Below are positions 26,723-36,718 of a DNA stretch of 64,000 nucleotides, one piece after another. Position 1 is the first letter of the stretch. The number at the start of each line of letters is the position of its first letter. The DNA lies in assembly GCA_963750065.1 (NCBI GenBank), contig CAVVPK010000048.1:57860-121859 (forward strand), read 5' to 3'. This DNA comes from an uncultured Alphaproteobacteria bacterium (GTDB lineage Bacteria; Pseudomonadota; Alphaproteobacteria; Rhizobiales; Kaistiaceae). The position numbers were made by a program, and so were the translations under genes. The notes below the pieces were generated by a model, which made no database searches, was not told the origin of the DNA, and worked only from the letters and a program-made list of their open reading frames with translations.

Positions 26723-28048
26723 CTAGTTGGATGGCCAGCTGGCGTCGATCTTGGCGAGTGCCGTATCGCGGTCTTCCGTGCCGCTGATCCAGGCTGTCAT
26801 CTCCTTCCAGAACGAGCCCGCACCGACCGCACCCGGCATGAGGTCCGAGCCGTCGAAACGAACGCTGGTGGCGTTGGCCAGAATCTCGGCGACGCCGCGA
26901 TCGATCTTGTTGCCATACCAATCGAGCTGGGCGTCACGCTGCGGCGCAATGGTGCCGCCCGAGGCGAGCCAGGCCTTGAGATGCTCCGCCCGCGAGAACC
27001 ACTGCATCACCGCGCGCGTCTCCGGGCGGTCCTTGAACATCGCCCAGATATCGCCGCCAACCAGGGCCGGCCTGCCGTAGGCCAAGTCGATCGGCGGCAG
27101 ATAGAAGAAGTCGTAGTCGACGCCCGGCTGCAGGTTCTTGTCCTTCGGGAAGAAGCTGGTGATGAAGTTGCCCTGCTTGTGCAGCCAGCACTTGGGCGGA
27201 TCGTCGAACATCGGCGCCGGCGCGTCGCCGAACGACGTGGAGACGATCCCCTTGGTGCCGCCGTAGACGTATTTGTCGTTGAAGAAGATCGACGCCATGA
27301 CGTCGGCGGCGTGCTTGACCTCGGGCGAGCTGAACTTGAGCTGGCCCGTCGTCCACTTGTCGTAGTTGTCGAGAGAGGTCGTGCGCAGCATGATCTCCTC
27401 GATCCAGTCGGTGACCGGCCAGCCGGTGGCGGCACCCGACTCGATGCCGATGCACCACGGCGTATCGCCATCGGCGACGATCTGGTCCTGCAGCTTCTGC
27501 ATGTCGTCCCAGGTCTTGGGAATCGTGTAGCCGGCTTCGTCGAAAGCCTTCTTGGGATACCAGACCAAGCTCTTGACGTTCACGCGCTCCCAGACGCCGA
27601 CCATCGTCGGCTTGCCGTCGGCATTGGGTTTGGTGGCCATGTCGAGCCACGATTGGATGTATTGGCCCTTCAGGTAGTCCGGGCTCATGTAGTTGGTGAC
27701 CGGTATCAGCTTGCCGGTCTTGGCCATGCTGCCCATCAGGCCCGGCTGCGGGAAGTCGACGATGTCGGGAACATTGCCGGCATCGACGCGCGTGGCGATC
27801 GTGGCCTCGAATTGCTTCGAACTCTCGTATTTGATGTCGATGCCCGTCGCTTCTTCGAACGCCTTGACGTTCTCGTTGAACTTGACCTCGTCGGCGTCGG
27901 CGAAGGCGCCGAAGGCCGTCACGGTCGTACCCTTCATTTTGCCGGCCAAGGCATCCGACAGTTCCTTCGGCATGTCGCCGGCGCTAGCGGCGCCGACGGC
28001 CAGAATGCTGGCGATTGCGCCGATGGTGAGCGCTCGCAAAGCTCTCAT
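26723..28048 (-). CDS. carbohydrate ABC transporter substrate-binding protein (CUT1)
   Basis: Start is ATG 28048 (MRALRALTIGAIASILAVGAASAGD signal peptide), preceded by GAGGGAGGAACGCA. 441 aa. Confidence 0.9.
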   Translation of the reverse strand: MRALRALTIGAIASILAVGAASAGDMPKELSDALAGKMKGTTVTAFGAFADADEVKFNENVKAFEEATGIDIKYESSKQFEATIATRVDAGNVPDIVDFPQPGLMGSMAKTGKLIPVTNYMSPDYLKGQYIQSWLDMATKPNADGKPTMVGVWERVNVKSLVWYPKKAFDEAGYTIPKTWDDMQKLQDQIVADGDTPWCIGIESGAATGWPVTDWIEEIMLRTTSLDNYDKWTTGQLKFSSPEVKHAADVMASIFFNDKYVYGGTKGIVSTSFGDAPAPMFDDPPKCWLHKQGNFITSFFPKDKNLQPGVDYDFFYLPPIDLAYGRPALVGGDIWAMFKDRPETRAVMQWFSRAEHLKAWLASGGTIAPQRDAQLDWYGNKIDRGVAEILANATSVRFDGSDLMPGAVGAGSFWKEMTAWISGTEDRDTALAKIDASWPSN

Positions 28049-28115
28049 TGCGTTCCTCCCTCTTGCGGAGCCTGTCCACGCAGGCACCGTTCTACGATGG
28101 GCATCTTAGCCGATC

Positions 28116-28129
28116 TGATAACGTTATCA
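28116..28129. promoter_or_regulatory. perfect 14-bp LacI/GalR-type operator palindrome
   Basis: TGATAACGTTATCA is its own reverse complement with a CG centre. It lies in the divergent region between the SBP (28048, minus strand) and LacI (28258, plus strand). Confidence 0.7.
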
Positions 28130-28182
28130 ATATGCGCGCGACAATTGATCCACATTTCGAGCGTTACAGCGGCAAATGCCTA

Positions 28183-28194
28183 TGATAACGATCA
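28183..28194. promoter_or_regulatory. second, imperfect copy of the operator
   Basis: TGATAACGATCA shares the left half-site TGATAACG with the 28116 palindrome. It lies 64 nt upstream of the LacI ATG. Confidence 0.4.
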
Positions 28195-28257
28195 ACATTC
28201 ATGGCAGCTTCCGGCGTGAGTGTCGGTGCGCCGGCGAAGCCACTAAGGTGGGACGGC

Positions 28258-29277
28258 ATGGCAACGATTCGAACAGTGGCGGAGAAAGCCGGCGTCTCGG
28301 TCATGACCGTTTCGCGCGCCTTGAATCAGCCGGACAGCGTCGCCAAGGAAACCCGGTCCAAGGTCTTGCTTGCTGCAGAGGAGCTCGATTTCGTTCCGGA
28401 CCAGCGCGCACGCGCCATGCGACTCGGGCGATCGGGGGTCATCGGCCTGCTCACCGATGTCATGGCGGCAACGCCCTGTTCGGTCGACATCATCCAGAGT
28501 GTCGAGGCCGCCCTTGCGCGCCACGAGCGATCGCTGATCATCGGCAGCAGCCAGACGCGCCCCGGCGGCTCGGCGACAATCCTGCGCAGCTTCCAGTCGA
28601 GCCGGGTTGAGGGCATCGTCTTCGCGGCGACGTTCCATCGCGAGGTGGATCCGTTCACCACACTCAAGATGCCGGGCGTGCTCATCAACTGCTTCTCGCG
28701 GACCGCGCACTGGCCGATGGTCGTCCCGGACGAGGAGGAAGGCGGACACGCGGTCGGCAGGTACCTTCTCGCCTGCGGACATCGCCGCGTGGCCTATCTC
28801 ACCTTGGCGCCAGAGATCGAAGCGACCCGGCTGCGTCGGGCCGGCCTCGTCCGCGCCTTTCGCGAGGCGGGCGTGCCGTTTCCCGATGATCTGGTCGTGC
28901 CGGGACAAACCGGCACCGGAATGTTTGACCAGGCCGAGGCCTTCGCGGCTGCCATGCGTCTTCTGCAGAAGCATCGTCCAACGGCGGTCTTCTGCGGCAA
29001 TGATGAGATGGCCATGCAGGTCTATAACGCCGCAGCGCAACTCGGCCTGTCGATCCCCGACGACCTTTCGGTCGTCGGCTTCGACGACCATCGGGTTTTC
29101 TCCGAGGGGCTTCTGCCGCAGCTGACGACCGTGGCACTTCCCTACGAACAAATGGGGCGCATTGCCGCCGACCTGCTGCTTCAGGCGATCGACGGCAAGA
29201 CCGCCACCCAGATGGTGCGGGTTCAGGGCCCGCTTATCGAGCGTGGATCGTGCGCTTCGCCAAACGGCGGCCAATGA
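28258..29277 (+). CDS. LacI family transcriptional regulator
   Basis: Internal ATG at 28258 (MATIRTVAEKAGVSVMTVSRALN). 339 aa. Confidence 0.9.
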   Translation: MATIRTVAEKAGVSVMTVSRALNQPDSVAKETRSKVLLAAEELDFVPDQRARAMRLGRSGVIGLLTDVMAATPCSVDIIQSVEAALARHERSLIIGSSQTRPGGSATILRSFQSSRVEGIVFAATFHREVDPFTTLKMPGVLINCFSRTAHWPMVVPDEEEGGHAVGRYLLACGHRRVAYLTLAPEIEATRLRRAGLVRAFREAGVPFPDDLVVPGQTGTGMFDQAEAFAAAMRLLQKHRPTAVFCGNDEMAMQVYNAAAQLGLSIPDDLSVVGFDDHRVFSEGLLPQLTTVALPYEQMGRIAADLLLQAIDGKTATQMVRVQGPLIERGSCASPNGGQ

Positions 29278-29483
29278 GAAGCGCTCGTCGGGCGTGACGA
29301 GCTGGCTGTTCTGCCAGTCGGAAGGGTGAAGTGTCGGCGCACGAGCCGGCAGCGCAGCCACGCCCAAGCGAACTAGAAGACTGCAAAAGCCCCCATCAAA
29401 GGTTGAAGGCTATGTTCTTCGCCCGCGCGCAGACGACAACTCGTCGGCCAAACCCGCCCGCAAGCACCTTCGTCGACAGCCTG

Positions 29484-30284
29484 CTAACGGGATAGGTCGT
29501 CCGCACCCATCGTCGGTTCCCGATCGACTGCGCTTTCGATGATGCGGACCTCTTCGCGCTCGCACAGCTCTCTGATCGCCGGGGACGGCACACTGTCCGT
29601 CACGAAGATGTCGATATCGCGAAGGTGACCGATCCGGGCCGAAGCCATTCGATCGAACTTGCTGGAATCGGCAACGAGCACAACGGTCCGCGCATTCGCA
29701 ATGATCGCCTGCGCGACTCGTATTTCCTCCAGGTCGAAGTCAAGCAGCGTGCCATCGACATCGATCGCGGAGACTCCGATGATCGCGTAGTCGACCTTGA
29801 ACTGCTTGATCAGTTCGACCGCGAGCGACCCGACGACACCTCCATCCGATCGGCGAACGGCCCCGCCGGCAATCACCACATCGATCCCTTCAAAGGGATA
29901 GAGCATTGTTGCTACGTGAAGATTGTTGGTGATCAGCAGCAGTCCCGTATGCCGATTCAATGCGCGCCCAACTTCTTCCGTGGTCGTGCCGATGTTGAGG
30001 AAAAGCGATGAGTTGGCCGGGATCAGCGCTGCCGTTGCCCTGCCGATTTCCCGTTTTGCGTTCTCTGCGATCTTTCGACGCGCTTCGTAGGCAAGGTTCT
30101 GAACGCTCGACGCAATCGACGCTCCCCCGTGAGTCCGGTCGAGAAGTTTCTGTTGGGCGAGCTCTTTCAGATCATTTCTAATCGTTTGAGGCGATACTCC
30201 AAAGTGCGCCGCAAGATCCACAACGCTGACCCGGCCGGTTTGGCGTGCGAGGTCCATGATTTCCTGTTGACGCGGCTCTTGCAT
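29484..30284 (-). CDS. glpR: DeoR/GlpR family transcriptional repressor
   Basis: ATG 30284 (MQEPRQQEIMDLARQTGRVSVVDLAAHFGVSPQTIRNDLKEL) is preceded by GAGAGG. TTG 30302 is the longest alternative. It has a DeoR C-terminal sensor domain and lies at the end of the glycerol locus. Confidence 0.85.
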   Translation of the reverse strand: MQEPRQQEIMDLARQTGRVSVVDLAAHFGVSPQTIRNDLKELAQQKLLDRTHGGASIASSVQNLAYEARRKIAENAKREIGRATAALIPANSSLFLNIGTTTEEVGRALNRHTGLLLITNNLHVATMLYPFEGIDVVIAGGAVRRSDGGVVGSLAVELIKQFKVDYAIIGVSAIDVDGTLLDFDLEEIRVAQAIIANARTVVLVADSSKFDRMASARIGHLRDIDIFVTDSVPSPAIRELCEREEVRIIESAVDREPTMGADDLSR

Positions 30285-30469
30285 CAATCTTTCGCCTCTC
30301 AATTCCGTGCGGCAGTCTTACTTCTCCAACGATACGGCTGGCAACTCTTGATGACGCCGATGATCGCCGGCAGAGCAATCCGCTCAACCTCTTTGGCGCT
30401 CGCCTCGTCAAATACAACACTGCAAAGTTGCGACCTAGAACGAAATGGTTCACGGCCATAGCGCAGGCG

Positions 30470-30511
30470 AAAAACGAATGCGCTGCCGCTTCTGAGCAGA
30501 AGCGGCAGCGC
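30470..30511 (-). terminator. intrinsic terminator after the glycerol-locus SBP gene
   Basis: GCGCTGCCGCTTCT (30480-30493) and AGAAGCGGCAGCGC (30498-30511) form a perfect 14-bp stem with a 4-nt loop. On the minus strand this is followed by CATTCGTTTTTCGCC. It lies 35 nt after the SBP stop. Confidence 0.75.
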
Positions 30512-30545
30512 GCCGTGTCAGATCATGCCTTACGGGAGGGGATGG

Positions 30546-32351
30546 CTACAGCGGAAGCTTGCCGTCCGCCATCTCTTTCATGATCTGATCGTAGGGCATG
30601 GTCACGCCCTGCGGCTTTTCGTTGGCCAGCTTCGGCCACGGAGCACCCGGCTGCTTGTACCAGTAGTCGGCGCTCTTCTCTTCGTTGAGCTTCGGTCCGC
30701 ACGCGCCCTGGATGCCCGACTTGCCGATGCGGTCCATGATGCTGTCTTGGGCCGCCGCCAGATTGTTGAGGGCGGTCTCAGGCGTCACTTCGCCGGCCAC
30801 GGCTTCACCGATGTTCTGCCACCAGAGCTGCGCGAGCTTCGCGTAGTCCGGAACGTTCAGGCCGGTAGGCGTCCAGTACTTGATGCCCGGGCCACGGAAG
30901 AACTGGATCAGCCCGCCGTACTTGGATCCATCCGCATCGTCGAAGGACGGATCCATCACGGTGCTCTTGCGGATGAAGGTCCAGCCGACATGCGACTTCT
31001 TCAGGTCCACCGTCTTCGAGGTGACGAATTGGGCAAACAGCCAGGCCGCCTTGGTGCGATCGTCCGGGACGTTCTTGAGCAGCGTCCAGGAGCCCTCGTC
31101 GCGGTAGCCGGCCTTCATGCCGTCCTTCCAGTACGGCCCATGCGGGGTCGGAGCCATGCGCCACAGCGGCTTGTCATTGGCGTCAACCGTGTTGTTGCCC
31201 TTGCTCTTGGGCGCCAGCATGTCGGACGCGAAAGCCGAGTACCAGAAGATCTGCTGAGCGACGTTGCCCTTGGCCAGGCTCGGCAGCGACTGATAGAAGT
31301 CCATGCCGAGGGCGCCGGGCGGGGCGTATTCGCGCAGCCAGTCCATGTACTTGCGCAGGGCGAACTGGGCGGCCGGGCCGTTGGCGGAGCCGCCGCGGGT
31401 CACGCTCGAGCCGACCGGGACGCAACCATCCATGCGGATGCCCCACTCGTCGACCGGGTAGCCGTTGGGAACGCCGACGTCGCCGGCGCCGGCCATGCCG
31501 AGCCAGTCGTCGGTGAACCGCCAGCCGAGATCGGGGGCCTTCTTGCCGTAGTCCATGTGCCCGAACACGGCCTTGCCGTCGATCTCCTTGACGTCGTCCT
31601 TGAAGAACTGGGCGATGTCCTCATAGGCCGACCAGTTCACCGGCACGCCGAGGTCATAGCCGTACTTCGCCTTGAACGCCTTCTGCAGGTCGGGGCGGTC
31701 GAACCAGTCCTTGCGGAACCAGTAGACGTTGATGAAGGACTGATCAGGCAGTTGCCAAAGGCTCCCGTCGAATCCGCGATCCTTCAACCCCGTGGCGTCG
31801 GCAAGCCCGAGGAAGTCAGTGAGGTCGAAGTATGGATCGGTGACGTCCTTGCCCGTGCCGGCCATCCACTCCGTCAGGTTCCGCGTATACGGATAACGGG
31901 CGTGGAAGCCGATGAAGTCGTCGTCGTTGACGAAGGCATCGTAGATCGGCTGCCCGGTCTGCACCTGGGTCTGCAGCTTCTCGACGACGTCGCCTTCCTG
32001 GATCACGTCATGGACAATCTTGATGCCCGTGATTTCGGTGAAGGCCTTGGCCAGCACCTCCGACTCATAGGCGTGAGTCGGAATGCTCTCCGCCACAGTC
32101 TTGATCGACATGCCCTTGAACGGCTCGGCCGCCTTGATGAACCATTCCATTTCCTTGAGCTGGTCCGCCTTCGACAGCGTCGAGGGCTGGAACTCACTGT
32201 CGATCCATTTCTTGGCGGCGGCCACCTGATCCGCCGGCAAGCTTGCGTCGTCAGCGCTGGCCGGCCCGATGGACGATACCAGCGCAAAGGCGGCGCAACC
32301 TAGAAGGACCGCTTTAAGCGTCCGTCTACTACTCCTCGTCATACCCAACAT
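30546..32351 (-). CDS. ABC transporter substrate-binding protein (large; glycerol-locus SBP)
   Basis: 601 aa. ATG 32351 is preceded by GAGGGAGGAAATACCTA. Signal peptide ...LLGCAAFALVSSIGPASADD. Its position matches the rhizobial glp ABC locus. Confidence 0.88.
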   Translation of the reverse strand: MLGMTRSSRRTLKAVLLGCAAFALVSSIGPASADDASLPADQVAAAKKWIDSEFQPSTLSKADQLKEMEWFIKAAEPFKGMSIKTVAESIPTHAYESEVLAKAFTEITGIKIVHDVIQEGDVVEKLQTQVQTGQPIYDAFVNDDDFIGFHARYPYTRNLTEWMAGTGKDVTDPYFDLTDFLGLADATGLKDRGFDGSLWQLPDQSFINVYWFRKDWFDRPDLQKAFKAKYGYDLGVPVNWSAYEDIAQFFKDDVKEIDGKAVFGHMDYGKKAPDLGWRFTDDWLGMAGAGDVGVPNGYPVDEWGIRMDGCVPVGSSVTRGGSANGPAAQFALRKYMDWLREYAPPGALGMDFYQSLPSLAKGNVAQQIFWYSAFASDMLAPKSKGNNTVDANDKPLWRMAPTPHGPYWKDGMKAGYRDEGSWTLLKNVPDDRTKAAWLFAQFVTSKTVDLKKSHVGWTFIRKSTVMDPSFDDADGSKYGGLIQFFRGPGIKYWTPTGLNVPDYAKLAQLWWQNIGEAVAGEVTPETALNNLAAAQDSIMDRIGKSGIQGACGPKLNEEKSADYWYKQPGAPWPKLANEKPQGVTMPYDQIMKEMADGKLPL

Positions 32352-32463
32352 TAGGTATTTCCTCCCTCTTTAGCCTTCAGTTTGAAGAGCCGGAAACCCG
32401 GCTGACGTCTCTGGTGTGAAGGCCCGAAACACCGAGCGACGCATCTTGAATTTCCTCTCGCGC

Positions 32464-32742
32464 TCACCCCCAGCGCATCACGGTGAACATCCACACCAGC
32501 GAGATGGCCAGCGCGAACCACAGGTTGGCGCCCGTCAAACCGATCCAGGCCAGGTGGATGAAGGCACTGACCAGCAGACCGATGAACAGGCGATCGCCGG
32601 GGGTCGTCGCGATCGGCAGGAAACCCCGCCGTTCCGGGCTGGGCGCCACCACCTGCCAGACGGTCATCGAAGCGAGCATTGCCGCAATCACCACAAAGAA
32701 GACCGCCGTGGGCACGGTCCAATCCATCCATTGCAAGCCCAT
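32464..32742 (-). CDS. small integral membrane protein, DUF2160-like, of the glycerol ABC locus
   Basis: 92 aa with three hydrophobic segments (…TAVFFVVIAAMLASMTVW…LFIGLLVSAFIHLAWIGL…LWFALAISLVWMFTVM). GGAGGA RBS. It sits between the permease and SBP genes, as in rhizobial glp loci. Confidence 0.8.
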   Translation of the reverse strand: MGLQWMDWTVPTAVFFVVIAAMLASMTVWQVVAPSPERRGFLPIATTPGDRLFIGLLVSAFIHLAWIGLTGANLWFALAISLVWMFTVMRWG

Positions 32743-32757
32743 CGTCTTCCTCCACTG

Positions 32758-33638
<881 letters not shown>

Positions 33639-33642
<4 letters not shown>

Positions 33643-34518
33643 CGCTTCTCTCCCGTACCGACGCGCTGAAGGACTTGATAAAACACGTAGCTGAAGGCCA
33701 GGACGATCAGGAAGTAGATGATCGAGAAGGCCCCCGCCCGCCCGACGTCGAACTCGCCGACGGCAATCTTCACCAGGTAGATCGACAGGAACGTCGTCGT
33801 GTCGCCCGGCCCGCCGCCGGTGAGCACGAACGGTTCGGTGTAGATCAGGAACGAGAACATGAAGCGCAGCAGGATGGCGATGGTCAGAACGCCGCGCATC
33901 TTGGGCAGCTGGATGTAGCGGAACACCGCCCACGCCGAGGCCCCATCGATGCGCGCCGCCTGGTAGTAGGCATCGGGGATCGAGCGCAGGCCGGCATAGG
34001 CGAGCAGCACCACCAGCGGGGTCCAGTGCCAGACCTCCATCAGCATGACCGACACCCAGGCCTCGATCGGCACCGCCGGATAGTCGAAGTGGATGCCCAG
34101 CGTGTGGTCGATGAAGTGCCCGAGAAGGCCGATGTCGGGGCGCAGGAATATGACCCAGATGGTGCCGATCACGTTCCACGGGATAAGCAGCGGCAGGGCC
34201 ACCAGGACCAGGGTGAGCGAGGTGCCCCAGCCGGCCTTCCTGGGCATGGTGAGCGCGACCGCGACGCCGAGCGGCACCTCGATCAGAAGCACCAGCCCGG
34301 AGAAGATGAGCTGATTGACCAAGGCGTCGTGCAGCCGCGAGTTATGCAGCATCTCGCGGTACCATTCGGTGCCCACGAACGCCCGGTGGGTCGAGTTCGA
34401 AGACGTCCTGGACGGAGTAGTTGACCACCGTCATCAGCGGGATGAGCGCATTGAAGGCGACAAGCAGGAACACCGGCAGAACGAGGAGCCAGGCCCGGTT
34501 GTCAAAGGTCTTTTGCAT
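33639..34518 (-). pseudogene. ABC transporter permease (MalF-like) interrupted by a +1-nt frameshift
   Basis: ATG 34518 opens MQKTFDNRAWLLVLPVFLLVAFNALIPLMTVVNYSVQDVFE, which then runs out of frame to a TAA at 34342. The remaining 245 aa (GTEWYREMLHNSRLHDAL...) are in the next frame, from 34376 down to 33639. Removing one base near 34392-34402 gives a continuous 292-aa permease (…VQDVFE-STHRAFVGTEWY…). Confidence 0.8.
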
Positions 34519-34530
34519 GCTGCCTGCTCC

Positions 34531-35616
34531 CTATTCCAAAACGTCGCCGTCGGCATAAAGCCGGGTCCATTCCGGCGGGAAGGCAAGCCAGCCCTCCTTG
34601 CCGCCAACGGGCACGTCGTCGCGCACCTTCGCCTTCACCTGATGCCCGGCCAGCCGCGCCGTGACGATCTTGTAGTCGCCAAGGTCCTCGACCGAAGTCA
34701 CCTCGGCCGCCATGAACCCGTCGGCCGCGCTCGCCCGGTAGCGCACAAACTCGGGGCGTATGCCCAATTCCAGTTTGCCCGTGACCCGGCGCGCACGATC
34801 CGCGTAGCCGGGGTCGATCGGTATGGCGCAGCCGTTGAGGCGCGCGCTTGATCCGTCGATCTGGCACGGCATGATGTTCATGCCCGGGCTGCCGATGAAG
34901 TGCCCGACAAAGGTATGCGCCGGGTGCTCGAACAGATCGGTTGGGCTACCGACCTGCACCGCCCGCCCCTCATGCAGCGTCACCACCTTGTCGGCAAAGG
35001 TCAGCGCCTCGCCCTGATCGTGGGTCACATAGATGAGGGTGAGCTTGAGCTCCTGATGGATCTCCTTGAGCTTGCGCCGCAGCGTCCACTTGAGTTGCGG
35101 GTCGATCACCGTCAACGGCTCGTCGAACAGGATCGCAGCAACGTCGCTGCGCACCAGACCGCGGCCCAGCGAGATCTTCTGCTTGGCGTCCGCCGCAAGA
35201 CCGTGCGCCCGCTTGCCGAGGGCGGCCGTCAGACCCAGCATCTCGGCCACCTGGAGCACCCGCCGGCGGACCTCCTGCTCACCAACCTTGCGGTTGCGCA
35301 GCGGGAAGGCAAAATTGTCGAACACCGTCATCGTGTCGTAGATGACCGGGAACTGGAACACTTGGGCGATGTTGCGCTGGGCGGTCGGCAGTCGCGTGAC
35401 GTCACGACCGTCGAGCAGCACCTGCCCTTGGGTCGGGTACAGAAGTCCGGAGACAATGTTGAGCAGCGTGGTCTTGCCCGACCCCGACGGTCCCAGCAGC
35501 GCATAGGCGCCGCCGTCGTCCCAGGTCATGTCCATCGGCTGCAGCGCATAGTCCGCCGCCGTCGTCGGCGCGCGCATGTAGCTGTGCGCAAGGTCCCTGA
35601 ATTCGATCTGTGCCAT
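34531..35616 (-). CDS. ABC transporter ATP-binding protein (MalK-like), second ATPase of the glycerol locus
   Basis: 361 aa. Walker A GPSGSGKTT, signature ISLGRGL(V), Walker B ILFDEPLT. Confidence 0.9.
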   Translation of the reverse strand: MAQIEFRDLAHSYMRAPTTAADYALQPMDMTWDDGGAYALLGPSGSGKTTLLNIVSGLLYPTQGQVLLDGRDVTRLPTAQRNIAQVFQFPVIYDTMTVFDNFAFPLRNRKVGEQEVRRRVLQVAEMLGLTAALGKRAHGLAADAKQKISLGRGLVRSDVAAILFDEPLTVIDPQLKWTLRRKLKEIHQELKLTLIYVTHDQGEALTFADKVVTLHEGRAVQVGSPTDLFEHPAHTFVGHFIGSPGMNIMPCQIDGSSARLNGCAIPIDPGYADRARRVTGKLELGIRPEFVRYRASAADGFMAAEVTSVEDLGDYKIVTARLAGHQVKAKVRDDVPVGGKEGWLAFPPEWTRLYADGDVLE

Positions 35617-36716
35617 CAGCTCACCTCCTCGCCCGCAGCACGCTGTTCGGGCGCCGCGACGAGCTTGCCTGCGCCGTCGAAGACGAACAGGCGGTTGGGA
35701 TCGAGATAGAACTGGATGGCCTGACCGAGATCGAAGCCGTGGATCCCCTCCACCGAAGCGACCATCGTCAGCGCGCCATACTGGCCGTGGACGTATGTCT
35801 CCGAGCCGTTGACCTCGGCGAGCGCCACGGTCACCGGGATGGCCACCACGTCGTCGTCCAGGCGATCGAGCCCGATGTGGTTCGGCCGCACCCCGACCCG
35901 GTAGTTCCCTTCGGGGAGGGCGCGCATGTAAGGCGCCCGCGGGAACACCGTCTCCGGCGACAGCCGGCAGCCATCGGCACCGATATGCGCGTTCACCAGA
36001 TTGATCGGCGGATCGGAGAAGATCTCGCTCACCTTCGTCGACGCCGGATGGCGATAAACCTCCGGCGCCGGACCAAACTGCAGCAGCCGCCCCTCGTGCA
36101 TGACCGCCGTGTTGCCGCCGAGCAGCAACGCCTCTCGCGGCTCGGTGGTGGCATAGACGACGGTCGTGCGGCCGCCGTCGAACATCTGCCGCATCTCCTC
36201 GCGCATTTCCTCGCGCAGCTTGTAGTCCAGGTTGGCCAGCGGCTCGTCCAGGAACAGGAACGGCGCCCCCTTGACGATGGCGCGCGCCAGCGCGACCCGC
36301 TGCTGCTGCCCGCCCGACAGCTCCGAGGGCAGCCGGTCGAGCAGTTGATCAACGTGCAGACGTTTGGCCTCCGCGCGCACCCGCCGATCGATCTCGGCCT
36401 TGGCAACGCCAGCCTGTTTCAGCGGCGAGGCGATGTTGTTGTAGCAGGTCATCGACGGATAGTTGATGAACTGCTGATAGACCATCGCCACGTTGCGCTT
36501 GCGCACGCCGATGCCCGTCACATCGACGCCGTCGACTAGTACGCGCCCCTCCGTCGGACGCTCGAGGCCGGCCATCAGGCGCATCAGGGTTGTCTTGCCG
36601 GACAATGTCCGGCCGAGCAGCACGTTGAAGCCGCCCTCGACGAGCTCTAGCGAGACGCTGCCAATGTGTGTCTCGGAGCCCACGATCTTGCTGACGTTTT
36701 CCAGCGCCAGTGTCAT
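35616..36716 (-). CDS. ABC transporter ATP-binding protein (MalK-like), first ATPase of the glycerol locus
   Basis: Internal ATG at 36716 (MTLALENVSKIVGSETHIGSVSLELVEGGFNVLLGRTLSGKTTL). 366 aa. Signature LSGGQQQRVALAR. It lies 2 nt after the glpD stop. Confidence 0.9.
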   Translation of the reverse strand: MTLALENVSKIVGSETHIGSVSLELVEGGFNVLLGRTLSGKTTLMRLMAGLERPTEGRVLVDGVDVTGIGVRKRNVAMVYQQFINYPSMTCYNNIASPLKQAGVAKAEIDRRVRAEAKRLHVDQLLDRLPSELSGGQQQRVALARAIVKGAPFLFLDEPLANLDYKLREEMREEMRQMFDGGRTTVVYATTEPREALLLGGNTAVMHEGRLLQFGPAPEVYRHPASTKVSEIFSDPPINLVNAHIGADGCRLSPETVFPRAPYMRALPEGNYRVGVRPNHIGLDRLDDDVVAIPVTVALAEVNGSETYVHGQYGALTMVASVEGIHGFDLGQAIQFYLDPNRLFVFDGAGKLVAAPEQRAAGEEVS

Positions 36717-36718
36717 GC

